In this document: one piece after another, positions 1-8,778 of the stretch
How positions within the stretch are numbered: the first letter of the stretch is position 1
Layout: every line of letters begins with the position of its first letter
Source of the DNA: Desulfosudaceae bacterium
GTDB taxonomy: Bacteria; Desulfobacterota; Desulfobacteria; Desulfobacterales; Desulfosudaceae
Direction of reading: 5' to 3'
Assembly: GCA_963674745.2 (NCBI GenBank)
Contig: CAXXDV010000001.1
Coordinates: 1,216,001 to 1,280,000 of the forward strand
Length of the DNA stretch: 64,000 nucleotides
Notes under the pieces: generated by a model
What the model was told of the DNA's origin: nothing
The model's database searches: none
The model's input: only the letters and a program-made list of their open reading frames with translations
Made by a program: the position numbers and the translations under genes

Positions 1-1416
1 AACAACCTGGTCATGATCGAGGAGTTTGAAAAAATGTATGAGGGCGATCAAACCATGACCAGCGTTTCCAGGGTCTATAGCGATTATGACGCCATGAAAG
101 AAGGTGACATGCTTTTGGATTTTGACGACCTGCTGGTTCATACATGGTTGCTGTTGCGGGATGATGAGGACGTAAGAGATAAGTATCGCCGGATATTTCA
201 AAACGTATTAATCGATGAATTTCAGGATGTTAACCCGGCTGAGGTCGAAATCTTAAAGCTTTTATGTTCGGACCCGGACTCAAATATGTTCTGTGTAGGT
301 GATGACGCGCAGAGCATCTATGGGTTCACCGGGGCATCGGTCGGCAATATTTTAAACTTTGATGTCATTTTCCCTGGTGCTGTCAGGATGGTCATGAATT
401 TGAATTACAGATCCACTCCCCAGATATTAACAGCGGCCCAAAGACTGATCAGCCATAACCAGAGAAGGATAAATAAAGAGATAAACTTCACAAATCCAGA
501 TGGGAATAAGGTCATGGTTTTAGAATCGTCATCTGAAGAAAGTGAAGCCCAAATGATTGTCAACGAAATACAGGACCTGATAGGCCGTCATGATTATCTC
601 TATTCAGAGATTGCCTGCCTGTACAGGGCTAACTTTCAAAGCAGACTGCTGGAGGATGCGTTTTTACAGCACAAAATCCCATACCATATAATAAATGGCC
701 TTAGTTTTTACGCTCGCTACGAGGTAAAAATTCTGCTGGATTATCTGAGAGTGGTTTTTGATCCGCTATCCGTATCTGGTGATGAGGCTCTGGTCAACAT
801 CCTAAATGTCCCCAACCGCTATATCGGCCGAAAATTTATACAGGAACTGGAGTCTTTTGCGACGGATAAAGGTATCCATCTTTATGAGGGGTTGCAGACA
901 ATGATTATCAAGCTTCCCTATTTGCGAAAGAACATTCGGGACTTCATCGGTTTTATGGCCCCTTTAATTGAGGATTCTGGCAACCTTCGGCCGGCGGAAG
1001 TAATCCGGTTGATAAGATTATCCATGGATATGGATCGGTTTATATGTGACGAGGACATACCGTCCGCGGACGATTCTAAAATAGCCAATATTGATCAGCT
1101 TCAAATGGCGGCAGCCAGATTCAATGATATAGGTTCGTTTTTGCAGTATGCCGATTCATTTAAAGACGAACCAGGATGTGAAGGCGACAAGGAGGGTGTC
1201 AACCTGATGACGATCCATAAGTCAAAGGGGCTGGAGTTCAGGGCTGTCTTTATCCCGGGAATGGTGACCGGAATTATGCCCTCAAAACGCGGTGAGCTGG
1301 AGGAAGAAAGAAGAGTCTGCTTTGTCGCTATAACCCGGGCCATGGAACTGCTGTATCTAAGTTTCAGCCATACCTATTTGGGGGCAATCGGCAGAAAAAT
1401 CGCTCTTTATCAATGA
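1..1416 (+). CDS. UvrD/PcrA-family SF1 DNA helicase, C-terminal part (5' truncated by window edge; probable frameshift in the last codons)
   Basis: Motifs LIDEFQD, VGDDAQSIYGF, NYRS, LYRAN, MTIHKSKGLEF, EEERRVCFVAITRA; frame open from position 1. Confidence 0.95.
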   Translation, partial: NNLVMIEEFEKMYEGDQTMTSVSRVYSDYDAMKEGDMLLDFDDLLVHTWLLLRDDEDVRDKYRRIFQNVLIDEFQDVNPAEVEILKLLCSDPDSNMFCVGDDAQSIYGFTGASVGNILNFDVIFPGAVRMVMNLNYRSTPQILTAAQRLISHNQRRINKEINFTNPDGNKVMVLESSSEESEAQMIVNEIQDLIGRHDYLYSEIACLYRANFQSRLLEDAFLQHKIPYHIINGLSFYARYEVKILLDYLRVVFDPLSVSGDEALVNILNVPNRYIGRKFIQELESFATDKGIHLYEGLQTMIIKLPYLRKNIRDFIGFMAPLIEDSGNLRPAEVIRLIRLSMDMDRFICDEDIPSADDSKIANIDQLQMAAARFNDIGSFLQYADSFKDEPGCEGDKEGVNLMTIHKSKGLEFRAVFIPGMVTGIMPSKRGELEEERRVCFVAITRAMELLYLSFSHTYLGAIGRKIALYQ

Positions 1417-1560
1417 GGCCTTGGGGCAGGATGAACAAGAGGTCAAAGCATCCGCTTAAACTGTCCCAACCATTCATAAGCACCCGTTCTTATCAGTCTT
1501 AACCCATAGGGTATTAAATATTTTTAACCGTGCATAACCAGCATGAGAAAGGAGAATCGT

Positions 1561-2067
1561 ATGTCATTTGAAATGTTGCATTTCAATGATGCAGAGAACG
1601 TGTTTAACAAGAAAAAATTAACCAAGGATATCCAGCTCACATTGGAATACGTTGATGAGACGCTTCACGGCCGAAGCTATCGTGGCGAGCTTTTGCGGCA
1701 GGCGCTCTCGGATATGGACTGGCGAAATGGAGACCTTAGCATCATCCAAGGAAGGCGCTATTATTATAAAGGCCTCAAGGATTGCGTCGCCATTGACGGG
1801 TCGTTCTCCTGCTATGAATATCTTCTGACCGGATTGTTTCGGCTGCAAATTGGATTCGTCAAGGGAACTGTGGATGCAGGTATTCTTATGCTACCGTCCA
1901 ATCGGGGAGAAAAATCACCTTTAGGCACTACGGCTCAGATTGTGTCCATGGAGATCAAAATTATTAATCAAAGTATAACCGTGCCGGTTTGTATCTGCCT
2001 GTTTGACCTTGGTGTTACCAGCATTCCGGAAGAAGACCAGGACGAAAAAGAATCCATCTCTTCATAA
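1561..2067 (+). CDS. BglII/BstYI-like restriction-endonuclease-fold protein, catalytic motif degenerate
   Basis: KDCVAIDGSFSCYEYL...LFRLQIGF...VDAGILMLP...VPVCICLFD pattern resembles the BglII family; AGGAG RBS before ATG 1561. Confidence 0.55.
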   Translation: MSFEMLHFNDAENVFNKKKLTKDIQLTLEYVDETLHGRSYRGELLRQALSDMDWRNGDLSIIQGRRYYYKGLKDCVAIDGSFSCYEYLLTGLFRLQIGFVKGTVDAGILMLPSNRGEKSPLGTTAQIVSMEIKIINQSITVPVCICLFDLGVTSIPEEDQDEKESISS

Positions 2068-2320
2068 ACAATCCTGCCTGTTTCAATCATTTCCCTCGCA
2101 TAGATAGCGAAACACATCCAGAACCAAAAAAGAAACAATCCCTTCCAGAATCGTTCCCTTCTGAAAGTCCGGATCGGGAGAGAACGTTACTGACTAAGTA
2201 AAATTGAAACAAACCGGGGATTATGACGATGGGGTCAGTTTGTATCCGGCCCGCTTTTTACGTCCTGATCCCCGGTTTTAAACACAAGAATCAAACTAAA
2301 ACTTTGAAAGGAAAAAGCTT

Positions 2321-3256
2321 ATGAAAAACATGACCACACTTGCAGAAGTATCGGACAGGGTCGATCAGATGGGAGAGCATTGTTTTGATCGGACCGTTAA
2401 CGTTTCTGATATTTCGTTTGCCGACCTTGAACATGTCAATATCGCGGGAGATACTTATCCTATTACGCCACTTGCCCAAAGATCGTTCGCCAATAGATTG
2501 GGAATACCCTACCAGTACCTGGCCCGCTGTCCTGCAGAAATCCAGGCGTATAACATGAACCACTGGATTAAAGAAGAACCCAACCCCGAACTGTTTTTCC
2601 GATTCAATGGCCAGGAAGTTCGGGCACTGTTTACAACTAAATACCAGCCAATCGACCACTTCGAAATATTAGAACGAATTGATGCCCTGGGCTACGGGCC
2701 CGACACACAGGTGCAATGTAATTTGGATGATGCATTTATGAGCCTGTCTATACCGGATAAGGAGTATGCGTTCAAAATAAATAAAAAGGACGAACATATT
2801 CCGGGTATATCCATCTCCAATTCTGAAGTTGGCCTGGCTTCGTTATCCGTTGCCGCATATATTCTGCGTTTAGTTTGCTCGAATGGCCTCGTACGCAAGA
2901 CAGAGATATCCGGAAAATCATATCGTCATGTATCCGCAAAGGTTTTGGAAGACCTTCCCCAAACCATCAATATGGTTCGCCTGGACCTGGATAATCAAAA
3001 ATCGCAATTCCTTATATCTTTGCAATATTCGATTGAACATCCCCATGCGTTTATCGAGCACACAAACCGTCAATACCAGTTGAGTCCGCCGGAGAAGGAC
3101 GCTGTGGAATGGTCCGTACCTATGGAGCTGGGCAACACAATGTTCCATGTGATTAACACCTATACCAAGGCCTCGCAATTCCCGGCGCTGTCAGCAGAAG
3201 CCAGCTACAAGCTCCAGAGAATCGGCGGCAGTCTTTTGGATACGGTCAGAAACTAA
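2321..3256 (+). CDS. DUF932-family protein
   Basis: RALFTTKYQPID, GISISNSEVGLASL, LRLVCSNGL motifs; family typical of MGE backbones. Confidence 0.8.
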   Translation: MKNMTTLAEVSDRVDQMGEHCFDRTVNVSDISFADLEHVNIAGDTYPITPLAQRSFANRLGIPYQYLARCPAEIQAYNMNHWIKEEPNPELFFRFNGQEVRALFTTKYQPIDHFEILERIDALGYGPDTQVQCNLDDAFMSLSIPDKEYAFKINKKDEHIPGISISNSEVGLASLSVAAYILRLVCSNGLVRKTEISGKSYRHVSAKVLEDLPQTINMVRLDLDNQKSQFLISLQYSIEHPHAFIEHTNRQYQLSPPEKDAVEWSVPMELGNTMFHVINTYTKASQFPALSAEASYKLQRIGGSLLDTVRN

Positions 3257-3273
3257 CCAGCTAGGAGGTTATC

Positions 3274-3483
3274 ATGCCGATTATCGTATGGTGGATGGTT
3301 GCAGTCGCAATCGGAATATTGGCGGCCAGGGTAGCCATTGATGAACAGACTCCGGTGGAACAAGTTGCAAATCCCATTACACAGATATGTGGCGGGAGCC
3401 TGGAAGTCATTAGCTATGGCATTGTACTCGCGCTCATAATCTTGGTGCTGGGTTATGTCTTCAAACGGAATGGAAAGGGGTGA
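3274..3483 (+). CDS. Small membrane protein (2 TM)
   Basis: AGGAGG RBS, two hydrophobic segments. Confidence 0.7.
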   Translation: MPIIVWWMVAVAIGILAARVAIDEQTPVEQVANPITQICGGSLEVISYGIVLALIILVLGYVFKRNGKG

Positions 3484-4057
3484 TCTGTTGAAACAAACTG
3501 TTGTAGCAATGGTAAGTGTTATGATTGTACTCTTGCTGGTCGGTATGGGGCGGCGCCCGTCAGATGATTATATAAAAGGCTATCAGGACGCCATTGAGTT
3601 TGTCGAGAATCAATCCCGGGAATTTAGAAACGATCTGAAATCAGGTCTCGAAACCCAACTGATATGGTACGCCATCATCATTGTCAGTGTGACTCTCTGG
3701 GGATCGGAAGTCGGGGAATGGGTAAGGGCCAGAATAAAAAACTGGTTCAGGTTAACAACAGAAGCCCAGGTAAAAATCGCCTTGACGGTTTACGGTCTGA
3801 TTATCGCAGGCATTCTGATCTGTTTTCTCGGTACAACCGGTATTTCAGAAAAAATGATCATGCCTATATTGATTCTGCTGGCCGCCAGTCTTATCCCCTT
3901 TATTCGTTATGTCCGTAACCTTGGTAAGGATAACGTCGGCGAGCTTAAGTTAAACCTGGTAAAGGTCAAACAGTTCATTATCATGGCGCTGGTAATCTTG
4001 ATTCTGTATCAAATCCTATCTGACAGCGGATTCCTTGGGATAAAGATCGGCGGGTAA
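3455..4057 (+). CDS. Hypothetical multi-pass membrane protein (start uncertain)
   Basis: 200-aa ORF with about 5 hydrophobic segments, co-oriented in the operon. Confidence 0.7.
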   Translation: MSSNGMERGDLLKQTVVAMVSVMIVLLLVGMGRRPSDDYIKGYQDAIEFVENQSREFRNDLKSGLETQLIWYAIIIVSVTLWGSEVGEWVRARIKNWFRLTTEAQVKIALTVYGLIIAGILICFLGTTGISEKMIMPILILLAASLIPFIRYVRNLGKDNVGELKLNLVKVKQFIIMALVILILYQILSDSGFLGIKIGG

Positions 4058-4071
4058 AATCAGGAGGTGAT

Positions 4072-4578
4072 GTGTTGATGCAAGAACAGCAGTTTTGGCG
4101 GGATCTGAAATCCGGTAAATTCGCCTCGATGGTAAAAGAATCTTCACGGGGCCAGGAGATCAATAATGCTAAGGACGTGTTCAATATAATGAGGCCATTG
4201 TTTGCTGAAAACGATGACGTGGAAACAATCTACTGCATCTTTCTAGACAGCAAAAATAAGATTATTGCCACAAAAAAAATGTTTTCTGGAACCATCGGCC
4301 AGACAGCTGTTTTTCCCCGTGAGATTGTTAAGCAGGTTATCGCTTTTAAATCAACAGCTGTTGTAATGATTCACAATCATCCCAGCAATGACCCCTCACC
4401 ATCAAAAGAGGATAAGCAAATGACGATTTCCGTATGGGTGGCCTTAAGAAGTGTTCAGGTAACTTTCCATGACCATATCATCGTTGGGAAAGGATATTAC
4501 AGCTTTAGTGATGAGGGGTTCTTTGAATCCCTGGACGATGAGTTCAGGCATTTTTTAAGAACACGTAAAATCAAATAA
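4072..4578 (+). CDS. radC: RadC-like JAB/MPN domain protein
   Basis: VFPREIVK and HNHPSNDPSPSKED...DHIIVG motifs; AGGAGG RBS. Confidence 0.92.
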   Translation: MLMQEQQFWRDLKSGKFASMVKESSRGQEINNAKDVFNIMRPLFAENDDVETIYCIFLDSKNKIIATKKMFSGTIGQTAVFPREIVKQVIAFKSTAVVMIHNHPSNDPSPSKEDKQMTISVWVALRSVQVTFHDHIIVGKGYYSFSDEGFFESLDDEFRHFLRTRKIK

Positions 4579-4591
4579 GGAGAATTAGCCT

Positions 4592-4792
4592 ATGATAAAG
4601 CCTAAAGAAAAACCAATTGTCAGGCTTAGCGGCCATGACGGTAATGCTTTTGCCATCATGGAGCGTGTAAAACGAGCGTTACAAAGCGCGGGTGCGGACA
4701 AGGAATATATTGACCGGTATATGAAAGAAGCGATGTCCGGTGATTATAACCATCTTTTATTGGTTAGCATGGACTATGTTGCCGTAGAATAA
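4592..4792 (+). CDS. Small MGE/phage-type hypothetical protein
   Basis: GHDGNAFAI...AMSGDYNHLL pattern; AGGAG RBS; decayed second copy at 10224. Confidence 0.75.
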   Translation: MIKPKEKPIVRLSGHDGNAFAIMERVKRALQSAGADKEYIDRYMKEAMSGDYNHLLLVSMDYVAVE

Positions 4793-4806
4793 AGGAGAAA
4801 ACGAGT

Positions 4807-5076
4807 ATGAATAATGATCGTGTTGAGAACTGGCGCCGTTTCTCTGCGCATATGGAGCAGTACATTCAGGAGCAAACTATCGAGAAATACAAGATGGATG
4901 AGGACAAGGGGATTGACCTTATGAGCATATCGAAGCCTGAAATCTGCGTTTGGAATATTCTTCGATATGCCCTGCGGATGTGGAATGGAAAAAAGAAACC
5001 CCATGATATTGAGAAGGTAGCCCATTACGCTGAGATGTCATGGACGTTACTCGGCGGAGAACAAAAAGATAGCTAA
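4807..5076 (+). CDS. Small helical protein, possibly DUF3310-like
   Basis: WNILRYALR...HDIEKVAHY resembles the DUF3310 core; AGGAG RBS. Confidence 0.6.
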   Translation: MNNDRVENWRRFSAHMEQYIQEQTIEKYKMDEDKGIDLMSISKPEICVWNILRYALRMWNGKKKPHDIEKVAHYAEMSWTLLGGEQKDS

Positions 5077-5096
5077 ATAGTTGATTGTTATCTGCA

Positions 5097-5135
5097 ATAA
5101 AAATACCCCTCAAGTAGGTTGAGGGGTATTTTTTT
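5097..5135. terminator. Bidirectional rho-independent terminator
   Basis: AAAAATACCCCTCAA-gtagg-TTGAGGGGTATTTTT inverted repeat between convergent operons. Confidence 0.85.
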
Positions 5136-5153
5136 GTATGATTATATTGTTTA

Positions 5154-6044
5154 TTAAAACAATTCTACAGTACGTATAATCGAAGGAGACGACTTATCCA
5201 CTTCTAGTTTATCATTATTTCGTCTGAGAAAATTGTTTGGGGTAGATTCCATTTTTAAAGACTTAAGGGCATCGCATCTTTCTGCGGAAATCGTCTTCAG
5301 CTTTTCCGGGATCAGGTTTATAAAATTTAAAAGGCGGAAAACAGGAATAATATAAGCAAAGCCTCTATTCTCATCTCGCGTTTTTCCGTGGACAATACCG
5401 ACTAGTTGGTCAGGTTCCCCTTCGATAAAAACACCGCTGCCAGAATAGCCCGGTGTTGTTACAGCATCGCTAATCATTAAAACACCAAGATCTTCCATCA
5501 ACCAGAAACCTGATATTATACCTCTGCTCATCGCACCATAAAAGGGCTTGCCAGGCTGGCCAAACATAACGATGGAGGTTCCGACTTTTTGATCATTCGT
5601 AACGGGTTGGGCAATATCAAACCCTCCAATATTAATCATCAACAAGGCAGCGTCATTCTCAGGACTTTCATCAATAATTTGAGCTTCAATATCAGACGAA
5701 GAATCCATGGCCCGGCATGGATTGCTGGACCATGGACGTACATAAATTTTTTGCGCTTTATTAACAAGGTGGCTGCTTGTCAATAAAACCGACTGCCTCT
5801 TGTCGGAGAAAACTGAAACAGCAATTCCTCTTTCCAAAAGTAATTTGCCATTTTCTATTCTTTCAGCATATACAAAAAAGGAATTTGTTCTATGAGGTTC
5901 TCCGGCTTTTCCATCATACATAGATTCATCCATATTAGTTAAGCTATGTGTCGATATGGGGTGGTCTTTGTTTGATGTAATGAGAGAACAAGCTGGTGTG
6001 ACCAAGAGCATAATCAGAAAAACAATTAATGTATAGGGTCTCAT
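5154..6044 (-). CDS. Trypsin-like (S1/Trypsin_2) serine protease, probable lipoprotein
   Basis: Triad motifs LLTSSHLV, NDAALL, TPGYSGSGVF; signal peptide ending in Cys (VTPAC). Confidence 0.85.
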   Translation of the reverse strand: MRPYTLIVFLIMLLVTPACSLITSNKDHPISTHSLTNMDESMYDGKAGEPHRTNSFFVYAERIENGKLLLERGIAVSVFSDKRQSVLLTSSHLVNKAQKIYVRPWSSNPCRAMDSSSDIEAQIIDESPENDAALLMINIGGFDIAQPVTNDQKVGTSIVMFGQPGKPFYGAMSRGIISGFWLMEDLGVLMISDAVTTPGYSGSGVFIEGEPDQLVGIVHGKTRDENRGFAYIIPVFRLLNFINLIPEKLKTISAERCDALKSLKMESTPNNFLRRNNDKLEVDKSSPSIIRTVELF

Positions 6045-6055
6045 GTTATACCTCG

Positions 6056-6826
6056 TTATTGATTATGTATTGTGATCGTTACGCGGGCAATACGGTAGTT
6101 TACGCCACGACTTTGAACAACGCCTACCTCAAAGAACTTCTGGATATTTCTTACACTTTCATGTGCACTTTTCAGATATGCCATGAGGCCATAGCTTCGT
6201 AATGCTGCGAGTTCCTCATTGCTGATGGTTTGCCCTGGTCTAATCTTAAATTCAGTGGGATATCCGTTCAGTGTTGTCTCGTTTCTGGACATATTCACAA
6301 TGCCCCATTCGCCCCGGTAATAAAGAGGCCGGCGAATTGGTGTTCCGTCAGCCTGCCCGCTGAACGTTGCACGGATAAAATATTTTCTCATGCCTTCCCT
6401 CTCAAGACGATTTGTGACATCGGCAATCGCCTCACCGACAAGATTTGTAAACTGAAGCGCTTCGCGTTTGTTCAGTAATCTTGTAGATTCCGCTGCCAGG
6501 TCATACTCTCCAAGAGGGAACATAACCGTTGGGGATGACCATACCAGGTCGATTTGTGCACCGTTTGATGTAGGCGTACAGGTAATATCAAAATCTGAAT
6601 TGGGATAATTTTTTGAATAGTATGGATTTTGACGGTAATTCAATTTGATTTGACGGGTTGTGCCTTCACCAATCAGGTATGCTCGGTTCTGGTACGAAGC
6701 GCCTCTATAATATCTCAGTGGGGAGCCATTTTGGGGATTGGTATTTGCAAGCATAAATTCATTTAATGAACTGCACCCGCTTAAGTAACAAGCCATTAAC
6801 AACATAATGATTATTTTATGTTTCAT
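6056..6826 (-). CDS. Lipoprotein with divergent OmpA-like C-terminal domain
   Basis: Lipobox LSGC; FPLGEYDL, GQADGTP, LAALRSYGLMAYL, YRIARVTITI follow the OmpA_C motif order. Confidence 0.6.
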   Translation of the reverse strand: MKHKIIIMLLMACYLSGCSSLNEFMLANTNPQNGSPLRYYRGASYQNRAYLIGEGTTRQIKLNYRQNPYYSKNYPNSDFDITCTPTSNGAQIDLVWSSPTVMFPLGEYDLAAESTRLLNKREALQFTNLVGEAIADVTNRLEREGMRKYFIRATFSGQADGTPIRRPLYYRGEWGIVNMSRNETTLNGYPTEFKIRPGQTISNEELAALRSYGLMAYLKSAHESVRNIQKFFEVGVVQSRGVNYRIARVTITIHNQ

Positions 6827-6854
6827 AATTCTTTCCTCCCGATTTTAATGATTT

Positions 6855-7277
6855 TTATTTAATACCCTGGATTCTTCCAGAATTTTGAGAATAATTATTC
6901 ATGCTATTGATTTGACAATGAGGTGCGATTGCTGTCATTGCGCCGATTCCAGCACCCAGGTGAATGATTCTGCCTTTATTGATTATTCTGTTGTTTCGAT
7001 AAAAAATTCGTCCACCATTCACAGAAGGTCGGATGTCAAGCATGCACGTCGGGTTCCTCGGTCCGGATGTAAGGATTTTGTCAAAGTTAACAATTGTATT
7101 TCCAAACACTATTGTGATGCCGTCGGCGCCTTGCACCCTAACCGGTTGTGTCAAAGTTTCTCCAACTAAACGTTCAACTTCGAGTGTTTTTTGTTCCTCT
7201 GCATACAGGTGACCAGGATTAAACAAATGAGAACTAGATATCACCAGCAACAATGCCCAGAATTTCATCATCTTCAT
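6855..7277 (-). CDS. Secreted protein with three N-x3-N-x-G/D-x-I repeats (putative minor fibre subunit)
   Basis: Signal peptide; GNTIVNFDKI, NNRIINKGRI, NNYSQNSGRI; GGAGG RBS. Confidence 0.65.
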   Translation of the reverse strand: MKMMKFWALLLVISSSHLFNPGHLYAEEQKTLEVERLVGETLTQPVRVQGADGITIVFGNTIVNFDKILTSGPRNPTCMLDIRPSVNGGRIFYRNNRIINKGRIIHLGAGIGAMTAIAPHCQINSMNNYSQNSGRIQGIK

Positions 7278-8397
7278 AATTGCGAACCTCCACTTCTAAA
7301 ATTTTACAATTTTTTTCCAATATATCTTTTGTTATGCAAAGCTGACCTCCCCCCATCAACAGGGATCCTTTAATTACATCCTGAAGAACCGGATCTATTG
7401 GGATGTTTGGGCATAATACTGATGAAAATTGCCTTATTGAAATTTTGTAGAAGTCATTTTTCTTTATGACGCAATTTGCGGATTTTACTCCTAAGCAAAT
7501 TTGAACGTCCTCATTAGTTAACATCAAGTTCAATGGCAATTCACCAGATTTGGTTTTGGCCTGTATGGGAATTTTGGAATTATCGCGGCCTGGAATCTCG
7601 GGGTCACACATTGCGAAGGTCTTATTTAAAAGCGCCGAGGATAAATCTCTAACAGTTGCCGCAACCAGAAAATCGCTTAAGTATTGTATGGCGGCGGTGG
7701 TATTCGCTGCCAAGCTGAAAGCATACTGGCCATTTATCAAGTTGTTACCGGTCAGATGAAAAATACTGGCTCCGGTAGCAGTTGTATACAGGCGGACGGT
7801 TAATGACGTCGTTAGCACAGTTCTTCTGGTATTGGCATCAACAACTTGGACAGATGCTGCAATATTATATGCTTTAACCTCAGCGTTTAGACCCAAAATA
7901 TAATCAACTTCCGCAATGGCTGCTTTGACATTAGTGCAACCATATATAAAGGGCACAATGACAAAATCCGGTCTGACAATATCACCCAAAACTACGTCAT
8001 GAAGGATATTTTCCTGGGTAAAACCAATATTTGGCAACGCCTGCGTTAACCCCTGTATCCCAGTTAAATTTTCGGAGTCATATAGCTCATAGCCAGCGTT
8101 AATTCTGGCGAAAGAATTTTCTACAAAGGGTTTAAGCATTGATGGGAGACAAATTCCCTCAGGATCATTTATAAGTTTGTTAGTTACAGAGGCAACAGTT
8201 ATCTTTTTTGAAAAATTTTGTTCACGCGAAAGTTGACCTGAAAGACAATCCAGCCACCCCGTAGCCGGGCTGAACGCCCCGTAAATTTCGGGATGTATGG
8301 CGGTTGGGACGGCTTTCTCTGGAATCGTTTTGATAATACTACACCCCAAGCATTGGCTAATTATCACCGCCAATATCATTAAATGTTTTTTCGCCAT
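7234..8397 (-). CDS. CsgG/HfaB-like outer-membrane secretion lipoprotein with extra C-terminal domain
   Basis: Lipobox CLGC; ITVASVTN, PDFVIV, VQVVDANTRRTVLTTSL, GASIFHLTGNNLI and closing helix AAIQYLSDFLV match CsgG/HfaB topology; GGAGG RBS. Confidence 0.6.
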   Translation of the reverse strand: MAKKHLMILAVIISQCLGCSIIKTIPEKAVPTAIHPEIYGAFSPATGWLDCLSGQLSREQNFSKKITVASVTNKLINDPEGICLPSMLKPFVENSFARINAGYELYDSENLTGIQGLTQALPNIGFTQENILHDVVLGDIVRPDFVIVPFIYGCTNVKAAIAEVDYILGLNAEVKAYNIAASVQVVDANTRRTVLTTSLTVRLYTTATGASIFHLTGNNLINGQYAFSLAANTTAAIQYLSDFLVAATVRDLSSALLNKTFAMCDPEIPGRDNSKIPIQAKTKSGELPLNLMLTNEDVQICLGVKSANCVIKKNDFYKISIRQFSSVLCPNIPIDPVLQDVIKGSLLMGGGQLCITKDILEKNCKILEVEVRNYEDDEILGIVAGDI

Positions 8398-8420
8398 ATT
8401 CACCTCCACCTTATAGGAGA

Positions 8421-8456
8421 GGTGTGTGCATGGCCCTTATCAACCATACACACACC
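8421..8456 (-). promoter_or_regulatory. Intercistronic 13-bp RNA stem-loop after the first gene of the operon
   Basis: Minus strand GGTGTGTGTATGG-10 nt-CCATGCACACACC, fully paired with one G-U; no U-tail. Confidence 0.65.
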
Positions 8457-8466
8457 GTTTTAGTAG

Positions 8467-8778
8467 TTAATAAGCCTCTTGAGCGACGACTTGGCTTGAG
8501 GCCCCTCCGACGGTTTTCTGCGAGCCCTTAATTTCACCGGAATTTTTATAAACATTTCCGGAGCTTCTATAACTCAGCACCGCATCGAGTTGCGGGGATC
8601 GAGCCCGCTGGGCAACCACCTGATTTGCCGCACCTCCCATGGTGATCTGGTCTGCCAGGATTTTCCCGGTATTCTCAAACCGGTCGTTCTGGGTGTTTAT
8701 TTCGGCTTTATACCCAAAGGCCGTCGCGTTCGTTGTGGTGATCAGAAAAATTGCCAATACCATTAATATATTTTTCAT
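8467..8778 (-). CDS. Small secreted protein made of two ~33-aa N/Q/G-rich repeats (putative major fibre/amyloid subunit)
   Basis: Signal peptide (ATA cleavage); NDRFENTGKILADQITMGGAANQVVAQRA and GNVYKNSGEIKGSQKTVGGASSQVVAQEA; GGAGG RBS. Confidence 0.75.
   Translation of the reverse strand: MKNILMVLAIFLITTTNATAFGYKAEINTQNDRFENTGKILADQITMGGAANQVVAQRARSPQLDAVLSYRSSGNVYKNSGEIKGSQKTVGGASSQVVAQEAY

Larger units (their letters stand above)
4699..5137 (+). repeat. Direct repeat copy 1 (backbone end: two small genes plus terminator)
   Basis: Aligns with 10224-10576, starting with 24 identical nt CAAGGAATATATTGACCGGTATAT. Confidence 0.9.

Noticed and set aside
5154..8778. Canonical curli (csgBAC/DEFG) or Fap operon
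   Set aside because: Repeats do not match CsgA or FapC consensus and no csgE/F/D or fapF is recognisable; reported as an analogous system instead
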